Shown here: in pieces, positions 47,801-57,485 of the stretch
Position numbering within the stretch: the stretch's first letter is position 1
How the letters are laid out: the number at the start of each line of letters is the position of its first letter
From: a virus
Lineage: Duplodnaviria > Caudoviricetes
Virus record (IMG/VR): IMGVR_UViG_3300045944_000168
Coordinates: 1-60,807 of that record
Direction: 5' to 3' (one strand)
Length of the DNA: 60,807 bases
Notes under the pieces: generated by a model
The model's database searches: none
What the model saw: the letters and a program-made list of their open reading frames with translations, nothing else
What the model was told of the DNA's origin: nothing
Position numbers and translations under genes: made by a program

Positions 47801-50800
47801 GACCGAAGAGGAGGCACGAGCAACGATTGATCGACTTTCCGCGCTTGGCGAACAACGACGCAATGCGGCGAAGGATGAATCGATTCGCGCCCTTCGTCCA
47901 TCCGGTACAGACTGGCTGAATGCCGATGAGCTTGAAGAGTTAAACCAAGCGCAAACCGCGATTGGACGCCTCGAACGGGGTGCCGCGCAAGCGCGAGTGG
48001 CGCAGAAGCGTGCGGCGAAGACCACGCCTGAATCTCCCACCGGCATCATTGCTTCGGCCTTGCGCAGCGCAGCGGATCAGATCGAGGGAACGCTGACAGA
48101 TGTTGGAGAAAAGATCGGAGGTGCCAGGAAAGATAAATGGGCCGAGCGTGGACTGACGCTGGCCGATCTGGAAGGCATGACCGGCGGAGAAGAAGCGAAG
48201 TTTATTGTCAAAGCCAATATCTGGAAGCCGGACTATGCCGCGATGGTCTCGGCTGGGGCAGATCCCAAAGCAGCCGCCTTGGTGAAAGTCATCTACGATC
48301 GTCTCGCGGCAAAGCCGACGAAGGATACACCGGAAGGTCGACGCCACTATCTAACGATGATGGGGTACGTGAAAGACGTGCTCAGCGCTGTGGAGACGGT
48401 GGAGGATGCAAAGAAGGTACAAGACCGTATCTTCCAAGAAAAACTTGCATGGGGAGATAAAGGCTGGAAGGACGAACAGAAACGCGCAACACTGCATTCC
48501 GTCTATAAGAACAACGCGGACCCCTTCAGGATCGATTGGAAAGATCAGCGCAAAGCCGACAAGATGGTGGCCGAAGGCTTCCCCGCGCAAGAAGCGTGGA
48601 CACGTCGCTACAAAGTCTATCAAGAGCATCACCCTGGTAATTTGACCGAGCACGGTGCATCCGTGTACGCCAAGCGCGTCTTTGAATCGGACGATCCCTG
48701 GAAGACGACGTTTGCCAATGAGCAGGAGTTGGCAGACCGGTTCAAGGAATTGGGCGTCTGGACTGTCCTGGAAAAGTCAGGGAAGCTTGTTGGCTATCGT
48801 GCGACGAAAGCAGAAGCGGGGACACGCGCAGCTGAGGTCTATGCAAACAAAAAAACCGAAACGAGTGAGGAAGGGAACGAACCGGTACGACCGCATCTCG
48901 ATGAGCTTACGCGAATGGGAGAAGACTACCGCCAAGGGCGCAATGTTACAGCCGAAGATTTTCGCCAAGCCTTTGGGTTCCGTGGCGTGGAGTTCGGCAA
49001 TTGGGCCGCATCGGATGAACGGCAAAAGCACATTAATCAGGCCTATGACGGACTGATGGATCTTGCGAATACCTTGGATATCCCACCACAAGCCATCAGC
49101 TTACACGGCACCTTAGGGATTGCCTTTGGCGCGCGCGGTGGGGGGCATGCCATGGCGCACTATGAACCGTCTAAGCTGGTGATCAATATCACCAAGATCA
49201 ACGGTCCTGGCGCGGTGGCCCATGAATGGGGGCATGCGCTTGATCATTACTTTGGTGAAGTGGATAAGCCCAATGCGTATCAAGGTGCGCCGACAGGGAT
49301 CTCCGGGTGGCGTGGGTCGCATACGAACGTTCGCCGGGAGCACCTTCGTTCAGAGATGCGGACCGCGTTCCAGCGCGTGATGAGTGCGCTCTTTGAACGA
49401 GACCGGACGAAAGCCGAGCGGGTGCGTGATATTGAATTGAGGCTTGAGCGATCTAAGATTGCGCTTGCGAAGGCCGAAGCTGCAAAGCATGAGACCGCCG
49501 ATTGGAAGAAGTACATTCTGCGACTCAAAGATGATGTGGTGGGATTCGGGAAGATGCTCACGCAGACCACCGGCGAAGAGAGGCCGGCTGGTGGATATGG
49601 GAAAGTTGAAACATCATACGTCAAAGAAGCCAGTGCGCTCTCGGGGAAGACCGGTGATTACTGGAAACGCCCCACGGAGATGTTTGCGCGGGCGTTTGAG
49701 TCCTATGTCTTCGATAAGCTCGGTCGGCAGAGTCAGTATCTGGTCCATGGTGTTGAGCCGTCACGGTTTGCAACGGGTTACAAGGGCAACCCGTACCCGC
49801 AAGGGATGGAACGTGAGACCATCAACCAGGCGTTCGACACGCTGTTTGAGACCATCGAAAGTAAGGAGACTGAGAAAGGGGTCGCGCTGTTCGACGAGCG
49901 TGAATATGAAGAGCGGGACGGTGCTGGCATGGAACCCAGCATGGAGCAGTTTGAGCAGGGGATTGAAACCGGCATTCCGATCGGTAATACCGAATGGAAG
50001 CTCATCGATTCCTCACAGCAATTTCCGCGTGCCATGATGAAGCAAACAGCCATGCGGACCTATGTGCGCAAAGTTTCTGATGTCGTTCACAAAATCTTGC
50101 AAGAAGTGGTTCCGCTTCTACAACGTGCGGATAAAACATTCGGCGATCCGACATTTATCGGATTGAGCCCAGACGATTACTACCTTGGCGTGAATCTACG
50201 TGGACCTGATCAGATTATTATGAACCCGTGGGGAGCGCTCTGGACAGCACAGACCCATATTCGACGCGGGGAAATCACTGCGGCCGAGACGCAAGAAGCC
50301 ACTGCGGCCATTATGTTGGAAACGCTGATCCATGAACTCACGCATCAGCAGGTCGTCACAAACCACACTACCGGTGATCCGGCAACACCAGTTTTTACCA
50401 GGATGTTACGCTTAAACCATGCTATTCTAGGAGCTGATCGACTTGACCGATTTCAACGCCAATTGATGGCGGTACTCACAGGAGGACCTGATGGAAGTCT
50501 CGCCCACATCGCAAAAGACCTTGAAGCACAGCTCCCCTTCTGGAACGGTGAAAATCCGCTATCTGGCGAGACTGGCCGCAGTGCTCCAAAACCCACCCGA
50601 TTCTTTCAGCGTCGCCATGTGGTTAAAGATGGCACAAGCGGACGGGCTGGACCCCCAACGTATCTACGAAGCAGCAGTGAAAGCGCGTCCCTCTCATTGG
50701 ATGAAAGCTCCGGACTACCAGGACGTAGCACCGGACTAGATCCCCTCAACCTGACATCCGAATCGCTCACCTACGACATTCCAGAACTCTCCAAACTGGA

Positions 50801-53480
50801 CGACGTTATTCGACTTGTGCAAGACAAAAATATTGATCTCGTTCGCTTGGTCGACGCGATAAAAACAGCGAACGGCTCTATCGCCGACGATCTCAATCCC
50901 GTCTTAAAGGAAGAACTCTATCTGGGCCGCGTGATGCACCAGAACGAGAACTTTTTGACCGACGAGCTGAAGCCGCTGATTCAGTCCATGCGGCTGCAAA
51001 AGGTCTCGATCAAGGATCTCGATACCTACCTGCATGCCAGGCACGCGAAGGAAGCCAACACCTACCTTCGATCGATCAATGAGGATCGGCAAGACGATAC
51101 CGAGTTCTGGGCCAAGCCGTCCGGCATGACGGACGCGGAAGCCGAACGGATTTTAGGATCAGCAGATCCTAAAATGCGGTCATTGGCTGATCGTGTCGAT
51201 AAGATCGTGGACGGCACGCGCAAGACACTGGTCAAGTACGGGTTGGAGAAACAAGAGACCATTGACGCCTGGACACACCAGTATCAGCACTATGTGCCCC
51301 TCTACCGCGAAGGGAAAGAACAGCGGATGGGGACCGGGCAAGGTCGATCAGTGCGCGGACCAGCCTCGAAGCAGCGTACCGGTTCAACGCGCGCCGTTGA
51401 AGATATCTTGGCGCATATTGCGATGGATCGTGAAAAGGCGATTGTCCGTGGAGAGAAGATGCGGCCGGTGATTGCGCTGGCTGGGTTGCTGAAGAAGCAT
51501 CCGAACCCAGACATCGCCAAGTTGGCGAAACCAACAACGGTGACCTATACGGATACTGAGACAGGCTTAGAAGTCACGATGCCCGGTCAGGTTGGCGAGT
51601 ACAATGTACCGACCATCGCGTACAAAGATCCACGCACAGGGCAGGTGGCGCGCCGTCCGGACCCGGCCTATAAAGGCCGAGACAACGTGGTGAATTTCCG
51701 AGTCGACGGCGAGGATCGCGCCATCATCTTCAATGAAGACAATGCGCGCGCAATGGAGATGGCACGCGCGCTCAAGGACCTCGATGTTGGCGATTTGAAT
51801 AAACTCTTATCCGCTGTCGGCACAGCCACCCGCTATCTGGCAGCGGTCAATACGCAGTACAATCCAATTTTCGGCATCGTGAACTTTGTGCGGGACGCGC
51901 AGTTTGCCATGCTGTCACTTTCATCGACGCCACTCAAAGGCAAGCAAGCGCAGATTGTGAACAACGCGCGGAAACTCATGGGCGGTATCTATAAGGATGC
52001 CCGTGCTGTGCGAAATGGGGAGCATCCCACGTCCGACGCGGCGCAGCTGTGGGAGCGCTTTCAAACGGTCGGTGGACCCACGGGGTATCGAGACCTGTTC
52101 CGCACCAGTAAGGATCGCGTGCATGCGATTGAAAAGCTCATGGATCCTGATTGGTGGCAGAAGACACGAGGAGGAAAGCTGCTTACCGCCGGCGGTGCGC
52201 TCAAGACGCCCACGTCCTTTCTCTTCAGTAAATTTGGCAAGGGCGTCATGGAGTGGCTGTCGGACTACAACCTCACCATGGAAAACGCGATGCGTCTGGC
52301 TGTCTTTAAGACCGGGGTGGATGCCGGATTGAGTGATGAGAAGGCGGCGTCGTTGGCGAAGAACATCACTGTCAACTTCAATAAGAAGGGTCAGATTTCC
52401 GCCCAGGCCGGCGCGTTGTACGCCTTCTTCAATGCCTCGGTTCAAGGCACAGCCAGGCTGGCTGAGACGTTGTTCGAACCAGGTAAGGTCGGAGTGTTGA
52501 GTGCCGCCGGTAAAAAGATTGTTACAGGTGGCGTCATGCTGGGCATTCTTCAAGCGATGTGGCTTGCGATGGCAGGATTCGATGATGATGAGCCACCGGA
52601 GTTTGTCAAAGCTAAGAATTTTGTGTTTCCCAATCCGTTGACTGACAAAGGCTACGGGACACTCCCTATGCCGCTCGGGTTTCATGTGTTGCCGGCTTTC
52701 GGACGGTTGGCGACAGAAGCGATCATTCATGGCAACCCTGGTAAGAAGTCCGCCGACTTTCTCTCGGCGGTGCTGGATTCATTTTCGCCGACAGGGGCAT
52801 CCGCCAGCCTCGTGCAAACACTCGCGCCAACGGCGACGGATCCACTTGTGGCCTTAAGTGAGAATAAAGACTGGACCGGAAAGCCCATCTACCGTGAAGA
52901 CTTCAATAAACTGCGACCAACGCCAGGATTCCAGCGGGCCAAGGACAGCGCGACGCCCTGGGCGCGCGGACTGTCGGAACTCCTCAATTATGTGAGCGGC
53001 GGCACGGACTACACGCCGGGAAAATTCAGTCCGTCCCCGGACGCCATTGACTATCTCATCGGCCAAGCCACAGGCGGGGTTGGTCGAGAAGTCTCGAAGG
53101 CCGCACGGACGGCAACCGGACTGGCTACTGGTGAGGAAGTCCCTTGGCATGCAGTGCCCGGCGTGGGACGGTTTGTCGGCTCAGCTGGTGATGAGGCGGG
53201 CGTACGAAGTCGGTTCTATGACAATCTTCGGCGGCTCAACGAAGAGGAAGCGGAGATCAAAGGGCGACGCGAGCACGGTGCCGACTGGGGCTCTTACCTG
53301 CGTGAGCATCCGGAGGCACGGTACGCCGACGCCGCGCAGAAGGTGGAGCGCGAGATTGCGGAGCTGACGAAACGAAAACGGGAGATGGTGCGGCGTGGAG
53401 CCAACCGCGAGATGGTCAAACTAATCGAACAGCAGATTCAGGCGCGAATGACCCGAATCAATCAGCTGGTAGAACGCTGA
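44874..53480 (+). CDS. large polyvalent / ejection protein (LPD5-, LPD1-, zincin-, LPD38-like domains)
   Basis: DVGEKIGGARKD; RGVEFGNW...AFGARG...AHYEP...AHEWGHALD...EMFARAFE; IHELTH; NKDWTGKPIY. Confidence 0.85.
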   Translation: MASPTLDAYLAQSRPLNPDYTDDEIIKEYEQEYGRNETASALIPFDQYLSKARTLNPEYSDDEIRTFWEEDHGSKGAPEVTPKELGLSGTLLEGAKSTGRSLQAAAQTYLGSDQDLVDTANAQQDAPKDPALEALLQDIQQRKDALGKDAGFLETAGAFGKAALSHPKGAGLLLAEQVPNTVASLGSAGAGALVGSAFGPVGTVAGGLAGLFLGDIALETGGYALEKAADGMVTPEERSAIKKEGLIKGGIVGAMDAATLGMTNFLTGTTARAVERATVKTLTDHGIDLANRAAVQAARSNPAILQAVQESATRAIAGVNTLGKKIARGTAALGVESLGEGAGEYLGHYAATGEADKMEAVIEAFAGLSQSAGEVAATSLYNKTRMTSIPQRLGVADPGVSLDETIARSQAVLDERTTLERLRREDTERRTEEQARLKEVDDAAIADQQAQRFAEEQARLQRTEAVTNRLSRAQTFGQAQMAENLATTDESAMQAIAERDRVQRARSEYAELPAPERTKSTPTDTPILAGREPAEEGLIQPGQAFTPRTQTDLPLKERLAQERARLIAMRDRRPLLPASPSEEQPNAHAVSTAEPLKSAIETGFAKAFPSARETRALVHESGFHLDTPVFREYLKQVTGKEVFSDLTPQELQKLHDALQKIKPTEQPSAAPQIPTQPVTLVEKPSAPVTTIPEAQVPRSELPPEQNAEVLLRAQKAQADMEIAGTERGGRFQLEQQGTGGTREVVGLKSPTADWYKDLTSGPSPAIRGDRKQSAREKIESAIQKIIQDQGADRGKAVELVKAALLQDREFHRTEWGRDLNSILEWEWPSWMEQPGQAQPSVEALHQLAESKGIPWDNNPEFMAFTKRVTGKEHLDDLSTEQRKLLAQAIEAQTETPPTTDLVLTAPRQARAKTKSKDTAKGAQTSIDVPPETIGSRPIIGREAQPEEAPLFSKAAQEPEAEQTALPPASTTRIMSMTEEEARATIDRLSALGEQRRNAAKDESIRALRPSGTDWLNADELEELNQAQTAIGRLERGAAQARVAQKRAAKTTPESPTGIIASALRSAADQIEGTLTDVGEKIGGARKDKWAERGLTLADLEGMTGGEEAKFIVKANIWKPDYAAMVSAGADPKAAALVKVIYDRLAAKPTKDTPEGRRHYLTMMGYVKDVLSAVETVEDAKKVQDRIFQEKLAWGDKGWKDEQKRATLHSVYKNNADPFRIDWKDQRKADKMVAEGFPAQEAWTRRYKVYQEHHPGNLTEHGASVYAKRVFESDDPWKTTFANEQELADRFKELGVWTVLEKSGKLVGYRATKAEAGTRAAEVYANKKTETSEEGNEPVRPHLDELTRMGEDYRQGRNVTAEDFRQAFGFRGVEFGNWAASDERQKHINQAYDGLMDLANTLDIPPQAISLHGTLGIAFGARGGGHAMAHYEPSKLVINITKINGPGAVAHEWGHALDHYFGEVDKPNAYQGAPTGISGWRGSHTNVRREHLRSEMRTAFQRVMSALFERDRTKAERVRDIELRLERSKIALAKAEAAKHETADWKKYILRLKDDVVGFGKMLTQTTGEERPAGGYGKVETSYVKEASALSGKTGDYWKRPTEMFARAFESYVFDKLGRQSQYLVHGVEPSRFATGYKGNPYPQGMERETINQAFDTLFETIESKETEKGVALFDEREYEERDGAGMEPSMEQFEQGIETGIPIGNTEWKLIDSSQQFPRAMMKQTAMRTYVRKVSDVVHKILQEVVPLLQRADKTFGDPTFIGLSPDDYYLGVNLRGPDQIIMNPWGALWTAQTHIRRGEITAAETQEATAAIMLETLIHELTHQQVVTNHTTGDPATPVFTRMLRLNHAILGADRLDRFQRQLMAVLTGGPDGSLAHIAKDLEAQLPFWNGENPLSGETGRSAPKPTRFFQRRHVVKDGTSGRAGPPTYLRSSSESASLSLDESSGLPGRSTGLDPLNLTSESLTYDIPELSKLDDVIRLVQDKNIDLVRLVDAIKTANGSIADDLNPVLKEELYLGRVMHQNENFLTDELKPLIQSMRLQKVSIKDLDTYLHARHAKEANTYLRSINEDRQDDTEFWAKPSGMTDAEAERILGSADPKMRSLADRVDKIVDGTRKTLVKYGLEKQETIDAWTHQYQHYVPLYREGKEQRMGTGQGRSVRGPASKQRTGSTRAVEDILAHIAMDREKAIVRGEKMRPVIALAGLLKKHPNPDIAKLAKPTTVTYTDTETGLEVTMPGQVGEYNVPTIAYKDPRTGQVARRPDPAYKGRDNVVNFRVDGEDRAIIFNEDNARAMEMARALKDLDVGDLNKLLSAVGTATRYLAAVNTQYNPIFGIVNFVRDAQFAMLSLSSTPLKGKQAQIVNNARKLMGGIYKDARAVRNGEHPTSDAAQLWERFQTVGGPTGYRDLFRTSKDRVHAIEKLMDPDWWQKTRGGKLLTAGGALKTPTSFLFSKFGKGVMEWLSDYNLTMENAMRLAVFKTGVDAGLSDEKAASLAKNITVNFNKKGQISAQAGALYAFFNASVQGTARLAETLFEPGKVGVLSAAGKKIVTGGVMLGILQAMWLAMAGFDDDEPPEFVKAKNFVFPNPLTDKGYGTLPMPLGFHVLPAFGRLATEAIIHGNPGKKSADFLSAVLDSFSPTGASASLVQTLAPTATDPLVALSENKDWTGKPIYREDFNKLRPTPGFQRAKDSATPWARGLSELLNYVSGGTDYTPGKFSPSPDAIDYLIGQATGGVGREVSKAARTATGLATGEEVPWHAVPGVGRFVGSAGDEAGVRSRFYDNLRRLNEEEAEIKGRREHGADWGSYLREHPEARYADAAQKVEREIAELTKRKREMVRRGANREMVKLIEQQIQARMTRINQLVER

Positions 53481-53497
53481 GAGACTGAGACAACATC

Positions 53498-53836
53498 CTA
53501 CCGTCCCCAATCATCATACGGCGATCCAGACCGTGATCCGTAACCAGACCGTGACGACGGATGCCGATCCTCATAATAGGACCTGGACCGCTGCTCCTGT
53601 TCTCTCAGATAATCACGGTCTCGTGGCGAGAGGGTCATATACGGATCCACGTTCCCTTTTTCGTCCGTAATGATGCCACGGCTCCGATCAGGCCCAAGCG
53701 GCACCAGCGTTCGGTTCGAGAGGTTACTGCCGTCGCAGGAGATGGTGCCGGCATACCCGCCATAGTCGAAGCAAGAGACCTGAGCCATAGCCGAAATCGG
53801 GAATAACAATAATGCTGCTAATAAAACAGGTTTCAT
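53498..53836 (-). CDS. secreted hypothetical protein (moron-like)
   Basis: Signal peptide ending AMA|Q; Cys pair. Confidence 0.65.
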   Translation of the reverse strand: MKPVLLAALLLFPISAMAQVSCFDYGGYAGTISCDGSNLSNRTLVPLGPDRSRGIITDEKGNVDPYMTLSPRDRDYLREQEQRSRSYYEDRHPSSRSGYGSRSGSPYDDWGR

Positions 53837-54040
53837 CTAGCACGCTCCTTCGAAGTGAGCCGCAACCGCGAGCTTGTCTTCATGATCGTGCTGAATCATT
53901 TGATTCAACGTTTTTTCATCCACCATCAGGTAGGCTTGTGGATAGTTCATACCATTTAGTTTTTCCCCTACCTCACCTGCCTCGACCGACACGGGCATAA
54001 GGAATAGAGAAATGAGAAGCAGATCGATCATGCGTACCAC
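53837..54040 (-). CDS. small exported hypothetical protein
   Basis: Hydrophobic N-terminus ending VEA|. Confidence 0.45.
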   Translation of the reverse strand: MVRMIDLLLISLFLMPVSVEAGEVGEKLNGMNYPQAYLMVDEKTLNQMIQHDHEDKLAVAAHFEGAC

Positions 54041-54189
54041 CGATCTATATCCAAAAAAGCTTTGGTAAACTCGCTATCTCCAATATAATCCAACAAGAGA
54101 TGATCGGCTTGTTCGTGCTCAACTTCGCGATCATCCTCTGTGAATGCGCGCAGCTGTTTCAATAATTCTTCCTTGGTCATGCTCTCTTC

Positions 54190-54522
54190 CTATAGAGATT
54201 CTCCAGCCTCAGCTCGCGTGACCCGAGCGACCATTCGTCGATGCCCCTCGCGTGCCTCTGCACTCGTCGCATAGCGTATTTGTTCCTGATCGAGGAATCC
54301 ACCAAACACCATGGTTTCAAAGATGATCGGCGATCCGACTTCACAGAAGTTATGATCGATACCAAGAAACACGGTACTGACCTGAATGTCCGGCGTGATA
54401 ATGGTTCTGGCAATTACCCGATCCTCGAAATGTGTCTCAAACCAGCGAGCCCATGTCAAGACATCAACGGCCTGAATCTCATCACCATGCAAAATGTAAT
54501 ACAGTCGATCCAGGTAAGTCAT
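54190..54522 (-). CDS. conserved phage hypothetical protein
   Basis: VSTVFLGIDH...FETMVFGG...RY.T...A..GH. Confidence 0.7.
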   Translation of the reverse strand: MTYLDRLYYILHGDEIQAVDVLTWARWFETHFEDRVIARTIITPDIQVSTVFLGIDHNFCEVGSPIIFETMVFGGFLDQEQIRYATSAEAREGHRRMVARVTRAEAGESL

Positions 54523-54643
54523 GATGTGACTTCGAGCAGATAATCGGTTGAATGACGATCTCGCCGTTCCAATAAATGTGAGACCTGAAAAAATTCTTCC
54601 ATACGCTCATGCTATGTCCAAACCAGTAAAAGCACAAGGGGCA

Positions 54644-54922
54644 TTATGGATCCTCTGGAATTCCTTTCAGAATTTCCCCGCCGATTCCTCCGCTGAGTCC
54701 TATCACAACACCAAGTTGCACGAGATGAGGAACCGTGGGTTCGAACGACGATACCCCCCAGAGCCACACAGCACCGAGAAGATGGAACCAATACCAGACT
54801 GTGGCACGCAGGCGGCGCGGGCAATACGTCCCGATCACTCCTAACGCAATGAGCCAGCCGAGTGGGAGCAGCACTAGAATCCACGAAAAGGCCGAGTCAT
54901 CCATGTCGTCTACATACTGCAT
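54644..54922 (-). CDS. membrane protein
   Basis: Three hydrophobic segments. Confidence 0.5.
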   Translation of the reverse strand: MQYVDDMDDSAFSWILVLLPLGWLIALGVIGTYCPRRLRATVWYWFHLLGAVWLWGVSSFEPTVPHLVQLGVVIGLSGGIGGEILKGIPEDP

Positions 54923-54923
54923 G

Positions 54924-55176
54924 TGCTATGATTTTGCTACGGTCTACACCTGTTTTCAGACCGACAATGACCGTTTATGACCGGTCGAGGCTCGATGACT
55001 AGGACCTGTTTGGCGAGTGCCAAACGGTGCGAACCGCCGCATTGACGCTGTAGATATAGCATTTCGGTGTTGGTGCGCCCGACAGGACTTGAACCTGTAA
55101 CCCCCAGATCCGTAGTATTCTGAAACGCATGTTTGGTCAATAGGTTATGATGTCTCATCTACGGTCTTGCTACGGT
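54924..55176. promoter_or_regulatory. candidate integrase arm-type sites
   Basis: Direct repeats TGCTATGAT/TGCTACGGT (54924-54943) and CTACGGT/TGCTACGGT (55159-55176) flank the core. Confidence 0.55.
55071..55116 (-). mobile_element. attP core = 3' half of tRNA-Arg(ACG)
   Basis: Reverse complement ACTACGGATCTGGGGGTTACAGGTTCAAGTCCTGTCGGGCGCACCA contains the anticodon loop, T-arm and CCA; no 5' half; next to the integrase 3' end. Confidence 0.9.
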
Positions 55177-56254
55177 TTGAATGGATCTCCAAGAGAGTCT
55201 TGATCGGCAATAGGCTCATGGCTCGGCGCTGGGCCGCTAAATCAACATCCAAGTAGAAAGTGGCTGTGGTACGAATATCGGCGTGACCGAGTGTCGTTTG
55301 GACGCTCTTGAGATGATCGCCAGCCTCCATTCGATGTGTTCCGTGTGAATGCCGAAAACGATGCGGACTCACTCGAAATCCCACGATCTTACTGATTCGA
55401 TCGTACTTGCTTTTGATTCCTTCTTCGCCAAGTCGCCCACCATTTACGGAGAAGATGTACTCAGAATCAATGATGCATTCCGCTTCGCGGATGATCTGAC
55501 TGAGGTCAGACGTGAGCGCAATGAGCTTAGGTTGGTTTTCTTTGTTGGTCGGAATTTCCACATAGCCTTGATCCCACCGAACGGCGCGGCGAGTCACGTT
55601 GCACAGTTCCCCTAATCGACACCCAGTGGCATAGAAGAACAGCGTTACGAGTTGCCAGAAGCGGGAGCAGGCGGCGAGGACGAGGGGCAACTGTTCCTGG
55701 TAAAGCCGCTTCGGTCTCGTCTTAATGACCTTGGCTCGATCCAGCGCGGCAAATGGGTTGACGCTGATCCACTTCCATTTGACAGCACGGTTGAAAATGG
55801 CGCGAAGAATCGCGCGACGACTGTTCCACGTTGACGGGGCGAGTGTAGGCTTGATGGCCGTTTGGTAGTCTCGGAGCCACGCTTCGTTCAGATCGGCCAA
55901 GTCGGCTGTGGGTCGAAATCTGAGCAGACTGTCCAGCGCCCACCGTTCTGTGCGATTGAACGTGTTGCGTGAAACGAGTTGCTCAGTTAAGACCTTATGT
56001 TCGTACTCACCACAGAAGGCGCGAAGTGTCCAGCTCACGCCGATGATCGGTGCAACCTGGATCCCTAGCGCCTGCCTGGCTTTCGCCTGATTGAGTTCTA
56101 GGTCTTTGGCTTTTTGCAAGGCCTTCGCGCGAAGCGCATTTTTTGTCCGCAACGATCGGCAATGTTGACGATGGCCTCCTGGATGCGTGACGCATCCAGG
56201 CTGGCAGTACCACGACAAAAACCACGAACCTGCTCGTTTGTAGCGGGTGCTCAT
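55145..56254 (-). CDS. int: tyrosine integrase
   Basis: TGCRLGEL, HRFRHS, LGHADIRTTATFY. Confidence 0.95.
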   Translation of the reverse strand: MSTRYKRAGSWFLSWYCQPGCVTHPGGHRQHCRSLRTKNALRAKALQKAKDLELNQAKARQALGIQVAPIIGVSWTLRAFCGEYEHKVLTEQLVSRNTFNRTERWALDSLLRFRPTADLADLNEAWLRDYQTAIKPTLAPSTWNSRRAILRAIFNRAVKWKWISVNPFAALDRAKVIKTRPKRLYQEQLPLVLAACSRFWQLVTLFFYATGCRLGELCNVTRRAVRWDQGYVEIPTNKENQPKLIALTSDLSQIIREAECIIDSEYIFSVNGGRLGEEGIKSKYDRISKIVGFRVSPHRFRHSHGTHRMEAGDHLKSVQTTLGHADIRTTATFYLDVDLAAQRRAMSLLPIKTLLEIHSNRSKTVDETS

Positions 56255-56532
56255 CTGCGCCAATGCGGCTTCAACGTGCGAATAAATTTCCGATAATGAT
56301 CGACACGATTCGGAGTATCCTTCTCCGCCGCGCGTAGAATAGTATCGAGTGGCACCTGAAGCGCGGTCGCCAGTGCGGGGTAATGGATCCACGGGACGTA
56401 TTGCACCTGGCGGTCTTCCCGGACCCAGGCCGACACACTGACCGGAGAGATATGGAGTTCATCGGCCAGATCAAACCGCTTCATCTTCAGAGAACGAAGG
56501 CGTGATTCAATCAACTGGCCAAGTGCCGTCAC
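56251..56532 (-). CDS. XRE-type helix-turn-helix regulator
   Basis: LGQLI...RFDLADELHISPVSVSAWVR...LATALQV; ATGA-coupled to int. Confidence 0.75.
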   Translation of the reverse strand: MTALGQLIESRLRSLKMKRFDLADELHISPVSVSAWVREDRQVQYVPWIHYPALATALQVPLDTILRAAEKDTPNRVDHYRKFIRTLKPHWRR

Positions 56533-56773
56533 CGACGATCCCTCATGCTGACTACTGCAGCAGTTCCAGGACGGTTGCAGCAATAAAAATAATCGCTCGA
56601 ATATTCATTGCTACTTGTTCTTTGTCGGTAGTGCATTCCCTCGACCATTCCGATATTTCCACGCCTATCAACCCTCTAGTATTCTCTCTGTCGAAGAATT
56701 TCCCATATTCCATCAGTCCGCAAAATCGCTCCTGCAGCGCCTTGGGAGAAGTGCGTCCATAATACCTTTGGCA

Positions 56774-57073
56774 TCATCCCCCCTTTTTCTTTTCAGCGTG
56801 GTGCGGTACTTGTGACAGTGACGAAATGCCAAGCTTCTTATACTGTCGCTTGAGTGATTCATTTTCGTCGCGCTTCATTTGCTCATAAATTGGGAGTCCT
56901 AAGTTAAAGACGATTTGGATAGCGACTCCGATTGTGGTGCGCCGTTCTGCAGCGACACGTTTCACGGTCTCATACCACTCTATCGGCGCTTTAAAGCCAT
57001 TAACTGGTTGCAGCTTCTTCCCGCCATTTTCGTTGCCATCGTCATCCATAGTCGTAATTGGTAATGAATTCAC
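56774..57073 (-). CDS. putative repressor, ribbon-helix-helix-like
   Basis: NGFKAPIEWYETVKRVAAERRTTIG; divergent from the early operon. Confidence 0.55.
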   Translation of the reverse strand: MNSLPITTMDDDGNENGGKKLQPVNGFKAPIEWYETVKRVAAERRTTIGVAIQIVFNLGLPIYEQMKRDENESLKRQYKKLGISSLSQVPHHAEKKKGG

Positions 57074-57120
57074 GGCTCTACAGTCCAGGGTTATAAAGAA
57101 CTAAAAAGTAATAATAGGTA

Positions 57121-57149
57121 TTGACACGGGTTATAAACGGTAATATAGT
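57121..57149 (+). promoter_or_regulatory. early sigma70 promoter with overlapping operator repeats
   Basis: TTGACA-N17-TATAGT; GGGTTATAAA at 57088 and 57128. Confidence 0.8.
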
Positions 57150-57156
57150 TACAACC

Positions 57157-57315
57157 ATGAAGCGCATACACAAACGAGAAATCAAAGAACACGTGGTCGC
57201 CCTCAAGTTGGCTAGCTCTCTGGTGGACGCCATTGATCGTGAAGCCATGGCGGAAGGACTTACCAGATCAGCTGTCATTCGGCGAACGTTGCTTGCCAAG
57301 CATTCCGAGAAGTAG
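57157..57315 (+). CDS. CopG/RHH regulator in the Cro position
   Basis: VALKLASSLVDAIDREA...LTRSAVIRR; ATG 7 nt after the -10 element (apparently leaderless). Confidence 0.75.
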   Translation: MKRIHKREIKEHVVALKLASSLVDAIDREAMAEGLTRSAVIRRTLLAKHSEK

Positions 57316-57368
57316 TCGGTGTTCCAATAGGAGTCGCTTCCATGTTGCTCCAGTTTTACCCCCCATTA

Positions 57369-57466
57369 GCTCGGTTCTCGGCTGGTACCCCACTCGCTCC
57401 GTACTTGCGGAGAACTAAGGTCGCTGGCGCCGGAATGGAAGCCGGTCCCACAGCCGCGAACCGGGC
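57369..57466 (+). ncRNA. candidate structured regulatory (antisense) RNA
   Basis: 16-bp closing stem 57369-84/57451-66 enclosing two hairpins. Confidence 0.5.
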
Positions 57467-57485
57467 GTTTGTGAAGGAGGCTTCC

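Noticed and set aside
55071-55116. Functional tRNA gene
   Set aside because: Only the 3' half is present; interpreted as attP
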